Shown: positions 19,923 to 29,589, counted from the stretch's first letter. The stretch: DNA of 36,490 bases from an uncultured Hyphomicrobiaceae bacterium (GCA_964450925.1 CAYVFK010000002.1:6445-42934), one strand, 5' to 3'. Made by a program: numbers and translations. The notes: generated by a model not told the origin, from the sequence alone.

Positions 19923-21092
19923 ATGACCAACAGCAAATTCCTTGGCTACCGGCGCGAGAATGGCCGGGTCGGCGTACGCAATCACGTCGCGATCTTGCCA
20001 GTCGACGACATCTCGAACGCCGCCAGCGAAAACGTCGCAAAGAACATCCAAGGTACGCTCGCGCTGCCGCATTCTTACGGACGTCTGCAGTTCGGCGAAG
20101 ACCTGGAACTGCATTTCCGCACCATTATCGGCATTGGCTCAAACCCCAATGTGGCTGCCTGCATCGTGATCGGGATCGAGCCGGGGTGGACCGGCCAAGT
20201 CGCCGATGGCATCGCGGCGACGGGCAAGCCGGTAGCCGCGTTTTCGATCGAGCAGAACGGCGACATCAAGACCATCGCTGATGCTTCCCGTAAGGCCAAG
20301 GATTTCGTTCACTGGGCAAGCGAGCTGCAACGCGAGGAATGCCCGATCAGTGATCTGTGGGTCTCGACCAAATGCGGCGAGTCTGACACAACAACCGGGC
20401 TCGGCTCCTGCCCGACGGTCGGCAACATGTACGACAAGTTGATACCGCAGGGTATCTACGGCGTGTTCGGCGAAACCTCAGAGATCACCGGCGCGGAACA
20501 CATCTGCAAGGCGCGTGCGGCCTCGCCCGAGATTGCCGAGAAGTTCATGGCAACCTTCCAAGCCTATCAGGATGAGGTCATCGAGCCATACAAGACCTCC
20601 GATCTGTCAGATTCGCAGCCAACCAAGGGCAACATTGAAGGCGGCTTGACCACCATCGAGGAAAAAGCACTTGGCAATCTGGAAAAGATTGGCCGCGAGT
20701 GCACCTACATCGATGTGCTGAAGCCGGCAGAAGCGCCCGCTAAAGGGCCAGGGCTCTATTTCATGGACACGTCGTCGGCCGCGGCGGAATGCGTGACGCT
20801 CATGGCTGCGGCCGGGTACGTCGTGCACACCTTCCCGACGGGGCAGGGCAATGTGGTGGGCAACCCGATCCTCCCGGTTGTCAAGATCACCGCGAACCCG
20901 CGCACCGTCCGGACCATGTCAGAGCATGTCGACGTGGATGTCTCCGGTATCCTGCGCCGCGAGATGACGCTGGACCAGGCAGGTGATGCGCTGACCAACA
21001 TGGTGATCCGCACCGCCAACGGACGCATGACCGCGGCTGAGGCGCTGGGCCACCGTGAGCTGGTGATGACCAAGCTGTATCGCAGCGCATAA
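19923..21092 (+). CDS. suyB: Sulfolactate sulfo-lyase large subunit (UxaA family)
   Basis: [61 protein letters not shown]; SuyB-type split UxaA protein. Confidence 0.87.
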   Translation: MTNSKFLGYRRENGRVGVRNHVAILPVDDISNAASENVAKNIQGTLALPHSYGRLQFGEDLELHFRTIIGIGSNPNVAACIVIGIEPGWTGQVADGIAATGKPVAAFSIEQNGDIKTIADASRKAKDFVHWASELQREECPISDLWVSTKCGESDTTTGLGSCPTVGNMYDKLIPQGIYGVFGETSEITGAEHICKARAASPEIAEKFMATFQAYQDEVIEPYKTSDLSDSQPTKGNIEGGLTTIEEKALGNLEKIGRECTYIDVLKPAEAPAKGPGLYFMDTSSAAAECVTLMAAAGYVVHTFPTGQGNVVGNPILPVVKITANPRTVRTMSEHVDVDVSGILRREMTLDQAGDALTNMVIRTANGRMTAAEALGHRELVMTKLYRSA

Positions 21093-21125
21093 GGGGGGCA
21101 CTCCCGCCGCCTCAGCGGAGTCCGC

Positions 21126-22070
21126 ATGGCCGAGATCGTCGTCAGCGAGTTCATGACGCCTGAGGCGCTCGCGCTTTTGGAGCGGCACCACAGCGTCCAT
21201 TATGACCCGACACTGTGGGAGCGCGCTGACGACCTTGCCGCGACGGTCGCGAAGGCACGGGCGCTCATCGTGCGGAACAAGACCCAAGTGCGCGGGGTAG
21301 TGCTTGACATGGCGGCGCGGCTGGAGGCGGTGGGGCGTCTCGGCGTAGGGCTAGACAATATTGACGTGGCAACCTGCCAGGCGCGCGGGATCAAGGTTCT
21401 GCCTGCGCGCGGCGCGAATGCGGCGGCTGTGGCGGAATATGTTATCGGCGCGGCGCTGACCCTGCTGCGCGGGGCTTTCAGTGCCACGCCGCGGCTGATG
21501 GCGGGCGCGTGGCCGCGCGAGCAGGCCATCGGCCGGCAACTGGAAGGCAAGCAGCTTGGCCTGCTCGGCTTCGGTGCGATCGGCCGGGCAGTGGCGGCGC
21601 GTGCGCGTGTGTTCGAGATGGACGTGGCCGCGTGCGATCCCGGTGTCCCGCATGAAGCCCCGCGATGGCAGACCGAAGCGCGCCGCGCGACGTTCGAGGA
21701 GGTGTTGGAGACTAGCGACGTGGTCAGCCTGCATCTGCCGCTGACGACCGAAACCCGCAGACTGTTCGGCTATGCGACTCTCTCGCGGATGAAACCGGGC
21801 GGGATCCTCATCAACACCGCGCGCGGCGGCATCGTCGATGAGCAGGCGCTGGCGGCGGCGCTGCACGAGAGACGGCTGGCGGGGGCGGCCATCGATGTGT
21901 TCGACACCGAGCCGATAGACGCGGCTACTGCAGCGCTATTCGCCGGATTGGAAAACGTGATCCTGACCCCACACATCGCCGGCGTGACGGAGGAGTCGAA
22001 TGCGCGCGTCAGCATGGTGACGGCGCGCAATGTCCTCGACGCGCTGGCTACCCGGGATAGATCTGCCTGA
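21126..22070 (+). CDS. D-2-hydroxyacid dehydrogenase family, probable (S)-sulfolactate dehydrogenase (SlcC-like)
   Basis: GRLGVGLDNID, GFGAIG, SLHLPLT, INTARGG, TPHIAG. It has no ACT domain, so it is not a full SerA. Substrate inferred from context. Confidence 0.75.
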   Translation: MAEIVVSEFMTPEALALLERHHSVHYDPTLWERADDLAATVAKARALIVRNKTQVRGVVLDMAARLEAVGRLGVGLDNIDVATCQARGIKVLPARGANAAAVAEYVIGAALTLLRGAFSATPRLMAGAWPREQAIGRQLEGKQLGLLGFGAIGRAVAARARVFEMDVAACDPGVPHEAPRWQTEARRATFEEVLETSDVVSLHLPLTTETRRLFGYATLSRMKPGGILINTARGGIVDEQALAAALHERRLAGAAIDVFDTEPIDAATAALFAGLENVILTPHIAGVTEESNARVSMVTARNVLDALATRDRSA

Positions 22071-22452
22071 CGATCAGATAGCCGAGGACCGCAGAAGTCC
22101 CAGTGAGGACGGTTCCCCAGATGACGTCGACCACCGCGACCGTCACGGGCCAGTTCTTCAGTGTCGCCAGATTGGTCATATCGTAGGTCGCATAGCAGAA
22201 GAACCCGAACAGCGCGCCATAGACCAGTGCGGTCTTCCAAGTGCCGGACTGGAGCGCGGGCGCAACCGCGAAGATCACGACCCCGATCACATAGACCGAA
22301 TAGAAGATTGCCGCGACGCCCAGATTGGGATTGTCCGCCAGCAGATGTCCGAGCCGCGAAAAGTAGAAGTTTTTCGCGATATGCGCGAGCCACAGATAAT
22401 CAATGAACAGGAACACGACAGCCGTGGCGATATAAGCGGCCAGGTATTGCAT
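22048..22452 (-). CDS. DUF2177 family membrane protein
   Basis: IDYLWL, GALFGFFCYATYDMTNLATLKNW, DVIWG. GAGGG RBS before ATG 22452. Confidence 0.85.
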   Translation of the reverse strand: MQYLAAYIATAVVFLFIDYLWLAHIAKNFYFSRLGHLLADNPNLGVAAIFYSVYVIGVVIFAVAPALQSGTWKTALVYGALFGFFCYATYDMTNLATLKNWPVTVAVVDVIWGTVLTGTSAVLGYLIVRQIYPG

Positions 22453-22486
22453 CAGGTCAATCCCTCTGAGGTGTGCTATCTCTGTA

Positions 22487-22512
22487 AACGCTCGCATCCC
22501 GAGGCCGGATTG
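22487..22512 (-). promoter_or_regulatory. Possible sigmaE(ChrR)-type ECF promoter of DUF2177
   Basis: Minus strand CAATCC-N16-CGTT, resembling TGATCC-N16-CGTA. Confidence 0.35.
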
Positions 22513-22547
22513 GTGCGCAGGCGCGGAAAACGCGGCGGCATCGTCTG

Positions 22548-23735
22548 TCAGTGACGCAGTTCGCGGTCGTAGCTGCGCCAGATGATGAGTTGAAGGAACG
22601 CCGTCAGCAGAATCGCGCCAAGGAAACCGAGGCTGAGCGAATCCGCGCCTGAGCCCGCCAGCCGCTCGAAATAGCCGACGAGTTCCTCATAGCGCAGAAA
22701 GGCGATGCCGCTGACGATCACTCCGGCGATTTTCCCAACCGTTTCCACGTCCTGCTTGTAGCGCCGCAGGAAGAAGAACAGCAGCATCAGCGCCCACAGG
22801 CCGAACAGCAGGCTGAAGCCCGGAGCGAGCATGACGAACAGGCTCCGGCTCGATCCGCCGAATATCACGCCTGAGGATTGAATATAGGCGTGGTTCGACA
22901 GCGGCCAGAAGAGCATCGCGAACGCGCCCACCAGCACGCCGCGCTCCAGCCGGTTGAGATATTTGCCGTAATACTCGTCCAGCGAGCGCCGGCGGATCAC
23001 CAGCATGATCCCGATAACGAAAAGCACCAGCAGGAAGAAGATTATGAAAGGCAGCACCCATGCATGCACGTGGCCGGTCAGTGCGCGGTTTTCGGGCGGG
23101 GCGTACACGGCTTGCATGTAACTGCGCTGGCTCTCCTGCGCGCGACAGCAGGCTCTGCCGGTCGCCATCTGGCCTGTGGCGAAGCAAAAGCGCTCCTCGT
23201 TGAAGCTCTCGGGAGTCGGCAGATATTGCGGCTCGCCCTCGGCCTTGTCCCAGTAACAGTCGCGATCGAACGGGCCGAGGCCCGTGCGTGTCTTGCTGAC
23301 CTCGCGCACCAGAGATATGGCTTCCAGGACCGGCAGACGCGTGCAGGACTGGTTCTCCACGCAGCCTGGCGGCTCACCCTGATCGGTTTTCAGGGTCTCT
23401 TGCTTAACCTGCCAGATGGCCGGCACGCCTTGCAGCAGCATCTGCGCCAGCAAGAATGCGCCGGCAGTGAGCGCCACCGCACCGACAAGCACACGGAGCT
23501 TTCCAGCCGTGACGTGGTTCCAGTACATGTCGAGGAACACACATGCCGGGAAGTAGAATGCGCACAGCGCAAGTATGCCGAAAGTAGGGAAGAACAGAAA
23601 AAGCTGGCTGTAAACCGTTGCGATCGAGGGCCAATCGTCCGGATATTCATAGATCAGCGCGCCGAGCACGCTCAGGAAGGATGCGCCAAGAGTGGCGAAT
23701 ATGATGAAGACCGTTGCGCGAATACCTGGTGACAT
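22548..23735 (-). CDS. Hypothetical polytopic membrane protein with Cys-rich loop
   Basis: 395 aa; 3 N-terminal and about 5 C-terminal hydrophobic segments flank a soluble loop with 6 Cys. GGGAG RBS. Confidence 0.8.
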   Translation of the reverse strand: MSPGIRATVFIIFATLGASFLSVLGALIYEYPDDWPSIATVYSQLFLFFPTFGILALCAFYFPACVFLDMYWNHVTAGKLRVLVGAVALTAGAFLLAQMLLQGVPAIWQVKQETLKTDQGEPPGCVENQSCTRLPVLEAISLVREVSKTRTGLGPFDRDCYWDKAEGEPQYLPTPESFNEERFCFATGQMATGRACCRAQESQRSYMQAVYAPPENRALTGHVHAWVLPFIIFFLLVLFVIGIMLVIRRRSLDEYYGKYLNRLERGVLVGAFAMLFWPLSNHAYIQSSGVIFGGSSRSLFVMLAPGFSLLFGLWALMLLFFFLRRYKQDVETVGKIAGVIVSGIAFLRYEELVGYFERLAGSGADSLSLGFLGAILLTAFLQLIIWRSYDRELRH

Positions 23736-23987
23736 GCCTCGTCTCCCCCCGCAGGCCGGAAGGCCGCAGACCTACAGCCCCCGCACATGCCGACACCCTA
23801 TGCCAAGCACCTAATTGCGGCTAGGCGATTCTCTTAACCAACAATGAAAGCGGGGTCGAGCGTGGCAATTCGATCAGCTTGGCGCGTTGCGGACATGCAC
23901 CGCAAATTCCGGCCTTGGCTGGCGGGCGTGGAACGAATAGTTAACTGGGCAGTCTTGCGAATAGCCGAGATCAACGGGGGTAGCGGC

Positions 23988-25367
23988 GTGAAACGGGTTC
24001 TACAGATCGGGTTGATCGTCGTGGTCGCCGCGGCCGCGGTGTTCGGGCTTTATCGGCTCCAGCATGTGCTGATGCTTGGGGCGGGCTACTACGCGAAGAT
24101 GTTGTGCTCGGGCGTGCTTGTGTCTGGGCGCCCCGCAGATGAGGTGATCGCGGAAGATGTGCTTGCCGATCAAAATGAGCTACTGCAGCTATTTTCCAGT
24201 GCTGTCGACCGCGAAGCGGGTGCGGTGGATGTCTGGGTGCCAAGTGGCTTTGCCGCGCAACGTGCTATTTACCGCAATGGATATGGCTGCCATTTGCAAC
24301 TAGAGGCGGACCGCCCTGAGTCGGCGCCGCGCCCGCTAACGCCGATCGCCTCGCCGGACGAGGATGTGCTCTGGCCCGAGGGCGGACGCCTTGCCACCGC
24401 TGCGCTGCCGCTGGAGAACCGCGAGGCTTTGACGGCCGCACTGGACGAGGCCTTCGCGGAAGACGACCCGGCAAATCTGAAGCGAACGCGCGCGATCGCG
24501 GTTGTGCATCGCGGCCGGCTGGTCGCGGAGCGCTATGCGGACGGCTTCACCGCAGAGACGCCGCAGCTTGGTTGGTCGATGGCCAAAAGCGTCACTAATG
24601 CGCTGGCTGGCGTTGCGGCCGCGAGCGGCGAGTTGACACCGGAACAAACCGCAACGGTCGAGGCCTGGAGGGCGCAGGATGACCCCCGCCGGGCGATCAC
24701 CATCGACAATCTCCTGCGCATGAGCAGCGGGTTGGAATTTGGCGAAGATTACGACGGCTTGTTTGCCGATGTCAGCGTGATGCTGTTCCTGCGCGGCGAC
24801 AAGGCCGGCTTCGCAGCGGACAAGCCGCTGGTGTGTGACCCGGGCGCGTGCTGGTCCTATTCGAGCGGCACATCGAATATTCTCGCCAGCGTTGTACAGC
24901 GCGCCGCGGGCGGCCAGGCGGCTGCGCATGAGCTGTTGTTCACGCCGCTGGGAATGCACACCGCCGTGTTCGAGCCTGACGCCGCCGGTACGCTGGTCGG
25001 CTCATCGTATGTCCACGCGTCCGCGCGAGATTGGGCACGGTTTGGGTTGCTCTACATGCGCGGCGGGCAGTGGAACGGCAAGACGATTTTCACGCGGGAC
25101 TGGCTGGAATACACGTTGACGCCGTCGCCGGGCAGCGGCGGCTCGTTCGGCGCGCATGTGTGGCTGAGTGCGCCCTCCCATAACGATGCTGAAGCCGCTG
25201 CAGCTTTGCCAGAGGACGACTTCTACTTCCTCGGCCATGACGGCCAGATGGTCGCGGTGATCCCTTCGCGCGAGGCCGTGATTGTCCGGCTTGGCCTGAC
25301 GCGGGATCAAGAGCGGTTCGACCATGCGCGGCTGGTGCGCAGCGTGCTTGATGCGCTGCCCCGATAA
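23988..25367 (+). CDS. Serine hydrolase, beta-lactamase class C/NylB-like, N-terminally anchored
   Basis: WSMAKS (SxxK), LLRMSSGL, YSSG, LFTPLGM, ARDWARFG, GHDGQ. Probable GTG start at 23988. Confidence 0.9.
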   Translation: MKRVLQIGLIVVVAAAAVFGLYRLQHVLMLGAGYYAKMLCSGVLVSGRPADEVIAEDVLADQNELLQLFSSAVDREAGAVDVWVPSGFAAQRAIYRNGYGCHLQLEADRPESAPRPLTPIASPDEDVLWPEGGRLATAALPLENREALTAALDEAFAEDDPANLKRTRAIAVVHRGRLVAERYADGFTAETPQLGWSMAKSVTNALAGVAAASGELTPEQTATVEAWRAQDDPRRAITIDNLLRMSSGLEFGEDYDGLFADVSVMLFLRGDKAGFAADKPLVCDPGACWSYSSGTSNILASVVQRAAGGQAAAHELLFTPLGMHTAVFEPDAAGTLVGSSYVHASARDWARFGLLYMRGGQWNGKTIFTRDWLEYTLTPSPGSGGSFGAHVWLSAPSHNDAEAAAALPEDDFYFLGHDGQMVAVIPSREAVIVRLGLTRDQERFDHARLVRSVLDALPR

Positions 25368-25455
25368 AGGGTTCGCCCGCAGGCGGTTCGCGCTGACGCG
25401 CGCAATCGCTTATATTACTGGTGGTATCTGACGCGAGGCTTAGCCGGAGGGCCAC

Positions 25456-26691
25456 ATGTTGACGCTCACGAAATGCCATTCCGCTTGGGCTGGCGCATTG
25501 GCGATCTGGCTGATCGCTACGCCCGCCACGCTGGCGCAGGATGGGTCGCCGGCTGCCACCGAGGCCGAGCAGCGCGATCCTCGCGCTAACGATCCAGCCT
25601 TTCAGCGCACCCAGCAACTCTTGAGAGCTATCGACGACATTCTCGCGGATGCCGCCGATGAACGGGCCAAGGCTCAGGACTTGCCGAGCCAGAATACCTT
25701 TATTCTGCCGCCGCTGTGGAGCGACACACGAGAGGACAACGAGAAGCGCGTGCGCGCTCTGCTGGATAGCGCGCTGCAGATCGTTACTGATGCACCGATC
25801 GTGCAGATGCAGGAGACGATTGCAGCGCGGCGCAAGGCCATTGACACCATGCGCGATGAGATCACCGTGCTGAAGCAGGAGCGGATATCCGCGCCGGAAG
25901 ATGGCTGGATGCCGGGAATCCTGTCGGAGACGCGCAGTTCAATCGACAAGGCCATCGAAGAGCTGGAGCGTCGGATCGCTGACAACCGCGCGGTGATCGA
26001 GGAGAACAAGGCCGCGATCCACAACGCGCTGGAAGATGCTGGGGTGAAGATCGCGCGGGAACAGCTCGACCTGTTGCTCGACAGCGTACTGGGCGGCGAC
26101 CTGTTGAAGCTCGTAGCGGCGTTTGAGGCGGCCAGCGGTATCGACCGCCGCCTCGGCGAGTTGCTGGAGGCGTCTTCGGATAACCCGAAAACCGCCCGGC
26201 GCTATTTCGCCATGCATGCCTCACTGTTCGCCATGCTGCTGCATGCGCAGGACGCACTGATTGAGAATATCGACGGCGAATACATGGTGAAGCTGCAGGC
26301 GATCCTGACCGACATCCGCCAGGCCAGAAAGGAAACCTATCGCCTTCTGGCTGGTGAGAACCGTCCGGATCAGCAACGCGCGCTAGATGCCAACCTCAAG
26401 GCTCAGAACTTCGCGGAGAAGGCGGCCAGCGTTTATCAGGACTATCTCCAGGCGCAACGCAAGCAACTTGTGGAGGCGCGCCAACGCACCATCCGTGACC
26501 TGCGCATTGCCGACAACACTTACCGCACGGTGGAAGCGAGCTTCCAGCTCCGCGCGCTGATGCAGAATTCCCGCGCCACGTTCGAGGCGATCCGGCGGCT
26601 GGAAGCGCCGGGTTTCGAGCAGATCTTTCGCAATGAAAGCTTGCGCAAGGAGTTTGAGCAACTCACCCGCGAGCTTGCGCCAAGCTCATGA
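25456..26691 (+). CDS. Hypothetical secreted all-alpha/coiled-coil protein
   Basis: GGAGG RBS, signal peptide ending ATLA|QD, long amphipathic helices, GC-rich codon usage. Confidence 0.85.
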   Translation: MLTLTKCHSAWAGALAIWLIATPATLAQDGSPAATEAEQRDPRANDPAFQRTQQLLRAIDDILADAADERAKAQDLPSQNTFILPPLWSDTREDNEKRVRALLDSALQIVTDAPIVQMQETIAARRKAIDTMRDEITVLKQERISAPEDGWMPGILSETRSSIDKAIEELERRIADNRAVIEENKAAIHNALEDAGVKIAREQLDLLLDSVLGGDLLKLVAAFEAASGIDRRLGELLEASSDNPKTARRYFAMHASLFAMLLHAQDALIENIDGEYMVKLQAILTDIRQARKETYRLLAGENRPDQQRALDANLKAQNFAEKAASVYQDYLQAQRKQLVEARQRTIRDLRIADNTYRTVEASFQLRALMQNSRATFEAIRRLEAPGFEQIFRNESLRKEFEQLTRELAPSS

Positions 26692-28083
26692 AAACCACAC
26701 GGCCGCTAGCCCGAGAAAAGCGAAAAAGCCGACAACATCGGTTACGGTCGTAACGAATACGCTGGAGGCAATCGCTGGGTCGATACCGAGCTTATCCAGC
26801 ACCAGCGGAACGAGAATGCCCGCCAGCGCCGCGACAAACATGTTCACGATCATTGCAATCGCGATGATCACGCCGAGTTCACCCGAACCGAACCAGATCA
26901 GCACCGCAACGGCCAGCAGCGCGGCGAACAGCAGGCCGTTGATCAGGCCCACCAGAAGCTCGCGTCCAACAACGCGCATGGTGTTGACCGCCGTGATGTC
27001 CTTCATCGCAAGTGCGCGCACCGCCACGGTCATGGTCTGCGTACCAGCGTTGCCGCCCATGGATGCCACAATGGGCATGAGGATCGCCAGCGCCACCCGC
27101 TGCTCGATGGTAGCATCGAACAACCCGATCACGATGGATGCGAGGATGGCGGTCAGCAGGTTGACGAACAGCCAGGTGAACCGGCTTCCGACGATCTGCA
27201 TGAAGTTTTCGGTGATGGCCTCGTCGCTGACGCCCGCGAGCCGGAAGATATCCTCTCCGGCCTCCTCCTGAATGACCTCGACGACATCGTCTGCGGTGAT
27301 GATGCCGACGAGGCGGCGATCCTCGTCGACGACAGGCGCGGAGAGCAGGTTGTACCGCTCGAAATCACGCGCGACCTCTTCCTGGTCCTGTGACGCAGAA
27401 AATGTGTGAACGTCGGTCTTCGTGAGTTCGCTGATAAGCGTCGGCCGGCGGCTGCGCAGCAGGTAGCTGAGGGACACGACCCCGATCAGGTGAAAGGCTG
27501 GGTCGATCACGTACAGCTCGGAAAAGCTGTCGGGCAGTTCATGCGCCTCGCGCATATAATCAATGGTCTGACCCACTGACCAAAAGGGCGGCACCGCCAC
27601 GAAGTCCGCCTGCATCAGACGGCCAGCGGTATCCTCCGGGTAGTCAAGCGAGCGCCGCAGCCGGGCACGGTCGATCCGCGAGACCTTGGACAGGATCTCG
27701 ATCTGCTCGTTTTCTTCCAGGTCTTCGAGCAGATAGACGGCATCGTCGCTATCCAGTTCCCCAACCACCTCCGCGAGTTGGTCGGCAGGCATTTCCTTGA
27801 CGAGTTCGTCGCGGATCGGCTCCTGAAGTTCTGAAAACATCTCCGCCGGCAGATCGGAGCCTAAATCCCTGATCAGCGCTATGCGCAATTCGGGGCGCAA
27901 GAACTCAATGAGGTCTGCGAGGTCAGCTGCGCGGAGTTCCAGCGTGAGCGCCCGCGCGGCTTCACTCTCCTGGCGCTCAAGAGCCTCGGACACGGCGTGA
28001 ACGAACGCGGGCCCAAGCAAGTCGTCTTGCCCCGGCGCTTCGGCGAGTTCGTCGAGTGTGCCTTGGCTCTGCATGGCCGGCAT
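26686..28083 (-). CDS. mgtE: Magnesium transporter MgtE
   Basis: DDAV, YPEDTAGRLM, CBS pair, RLVGIITADDV, MGGNAGTQ, IDPAIASSVFVTTVTDVVGF. Start is ATG 28083 or 28074. Confidence 0.96.
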   Translation of the reverse strand: MPAMQSQGTLDELAEAPGQDDLLGPAFVHAVSEALERQESEAARALTLELRAADLADLIEFLRPELRIALIRDLGSDLPAEMFSELQEPIRDELVKEMPADQLAEVVGELDSDDAVYLLEDLEENEQIEILSKVSRIDRARLRRSLDYPEDTAGRLMQADFVAVPPFWSVGQTIDYMREAHELPDSFSELYVIDPAFHLIGVVSLSYLLRSRRPTLISELTKTDVHTFSASQDQEEVARDFERYNLLSAPVVDEDRRLVGIITADDVVEVIQEEAGEDIFRLAGVSDEAITENFMQIVGSRFTWLFVNLLTAILASIVIGLFDATIEQRVALAILMPIVASMGGNAGTQTMTVAVRALAMKDITAVNTMRVVGRELLVGLINGLLFAALLAVAVLIWFGSGELGVIIAIAMIVNMFVAALAGILVPLVLDKLGIDPAIASSVFVTTVTDVVGFFAFLGLAAVWFS

Positions 28084-28261
28084 CCTGTGAAAGATTTTCG
28101 GGCGGAAGCGAGGCGCGCCAATCCGGACGCGCAATACCGAACTCTGGGCAAGGTGGGTCGAGCCGTAGCGCAAAATCGGATGTCGCGCCAGCGCTGCGGG
28201 CTCGCTGGGGCCGACCGCTGTGCATGACCCGCATTTTGCGCTTCACACGGGCGACGAGATG

Positions 28262-28621
28262 CTAACCTTGCTCGCCCATATCGCTGTTGCGCTTGTCGTC
28301 TCGGACCTTGTGCGCGTGATCCTGAAGCTGGCGGCGAACGGCGTTAAAGGCATCGCGCATCGCCAGATACACATCGTCGTGCTGGTGGCTCTCGTCCGTG
28401 CTGCTGTGACCGACGAAAAACGCCTTGCCGGGGACGTTTGCCTCGACCGTGACAAGGAATTTCTTGCCTTTCCGGTGGCCGGAGATCAGTTCCACCGTGA
28501 CGCGGCAGCTCACCAGGCGGTCAAAGACTTGCTTGAGCTTCTCGATATGCTCATGAATGCGATTCTCGACCGCTTCGGAGCTGTCTACATGGCGGAAAGC
28601 GATTTCGACAGGCACGTCCAT
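28262..28621 (-). CDS. HPF/RaiA-family ribosome-associated protein (short paralog)
   Basis: VEIAFRHVDSSEAV, CRVTVE, VPG, DVYLAMRDAFNAVRRQL. Confidence 0.85.
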   Translation of the reverse strand: MDVPVEIAFRHVDSSEAVENRIHEHIEKLKQVFDRLVSCRVTVELISGHRKGKKFLVTVEANVPGKAFFVGHSSTDESHQHDDVYLAMRDAFNAVRRQLQDHAHKVRDDKRNSDMGEQG

Positions 28622-28671
28622 TCCTGTTTCCCTCCCGTGTTGTCATTGCGTGAGCGAGAGACTGAGGAGCG

Positions 28672-29589
28672 CTATTCGGCGGCTGTTCGCAGCGGCTGCG
28701 CTCCGGGCGAAAAGCGGGTGATCAGCCGTTCGGCCAACTCTGCTATATCGTCTTTCAGCCGGGTAAAGCCCGGTTTGATCTCAAAGGTTTGTTCGCAGAC
28801 ATAAAGCGCGCGGTTGATCTCGATCTGCAGCGCGTGAATGTGATCTGCCGGGCGACCATAAAATTCGGTGATATGTCCGCCAGCATAGGGTTTGTTCAGG
28901 CCGACGCGATAACCCATCATGCTAAAAGCCGTTACGGCGAAGTCAACCAGATCGCGCGCGCAGGAGCCGCCAAAGCGGTCGCCGAGCACGATGTCATACG
29001 GCGGGACGCCCGGAGCCTCGCCGAGATGCGAGGGCATCGAGTGACAGTCGATCAAGAATGCGCGGCCGAAGCTTTTCCGCTTTTCCTGGATCAATTTTCC
29101 AAGCGTTGCATGATAGGGCTGATAAAGCCGTTCGACGCGCGCGAGACCTACGCCCAAGGGCAGTGGGCCAGCGTAAATCTCCTCATTTTCGTTGACAAGG
29201 CGCGGGATCGTGCCGAGCCCGCCGGTCACGCGTAGCGAGCTGGAGTTGGCGTAATCAGGTATCTTTTCTGCGAAAAGTGACGGGTCCAGTTCGTAGGGCT
29301 GGCGGTTCAGGTCCAGATAAGCGCGAGGGAAGCGCGCGCACATCAACGTTGCGCCCTTATCGACAACCGTGGCGAAGAGCTTGTCGACAAACAGGTCTTC
29401 CGACATACGCAGCGCCTGCGGGCTGAGTTGCGATGTCTTGGTGAAGATGGACGGATAAACCCGCCCGCTGTGCGGTGAGTTGAAAATGAATGGTGTGGCG
29501 AGCGCGGCCGGTCGCTCCACGATGAAGGGAGGGTTAAGCTCTGTCTCGATGCAGCCAAGTTCGCGTTCGAGCCATCGCGCGGGCGTCAT
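28672..29589 (-). CDS. N-formylglutamate amidohydrolase
   Basis: NSPHSG, SEDLFVD, RAYLDLNR, GLGTIPR, IDCHSMPS, LGDRFG, NKPYAGG, QIEINR. Start uncertain (29589, 29607 or 29622). Confidence 0.92.
   Translation of the reverse strand: MTPARWLERELGCIETELNPPFIVERPAALATPFIFNSPHSGRVYPSIFTKTSQLSPQALRMSEDLFVDKLFATVVDKGATLMCARFPRAYLDLNRQPYELDPSLFAEKIPDYANSSSLRVTGGLGTIPRLVNENEEIYAGPLPLGVGLARVERLYQPYHATLGKLIQEKRKSFGRAFLIDCHSMPSHLGEAPGVPPYDIVLGDRFGGSCARDLVDFAVTAFSMMGYRVGLNKPYAGGHITEFYGRPADHIHALQIEINRALYVCEQTFEIKPGFTRLKDDIAELAERLITRFSPGAQPLRTAAE

Noticed and set aside
27977-28246. 89-aa uORF overlapping the mgtE start as a leader peptide
   Set aside because: No SD, too long and lacking the Pro-rich pattern of MgtL-type peptides; probably a chance ORF.
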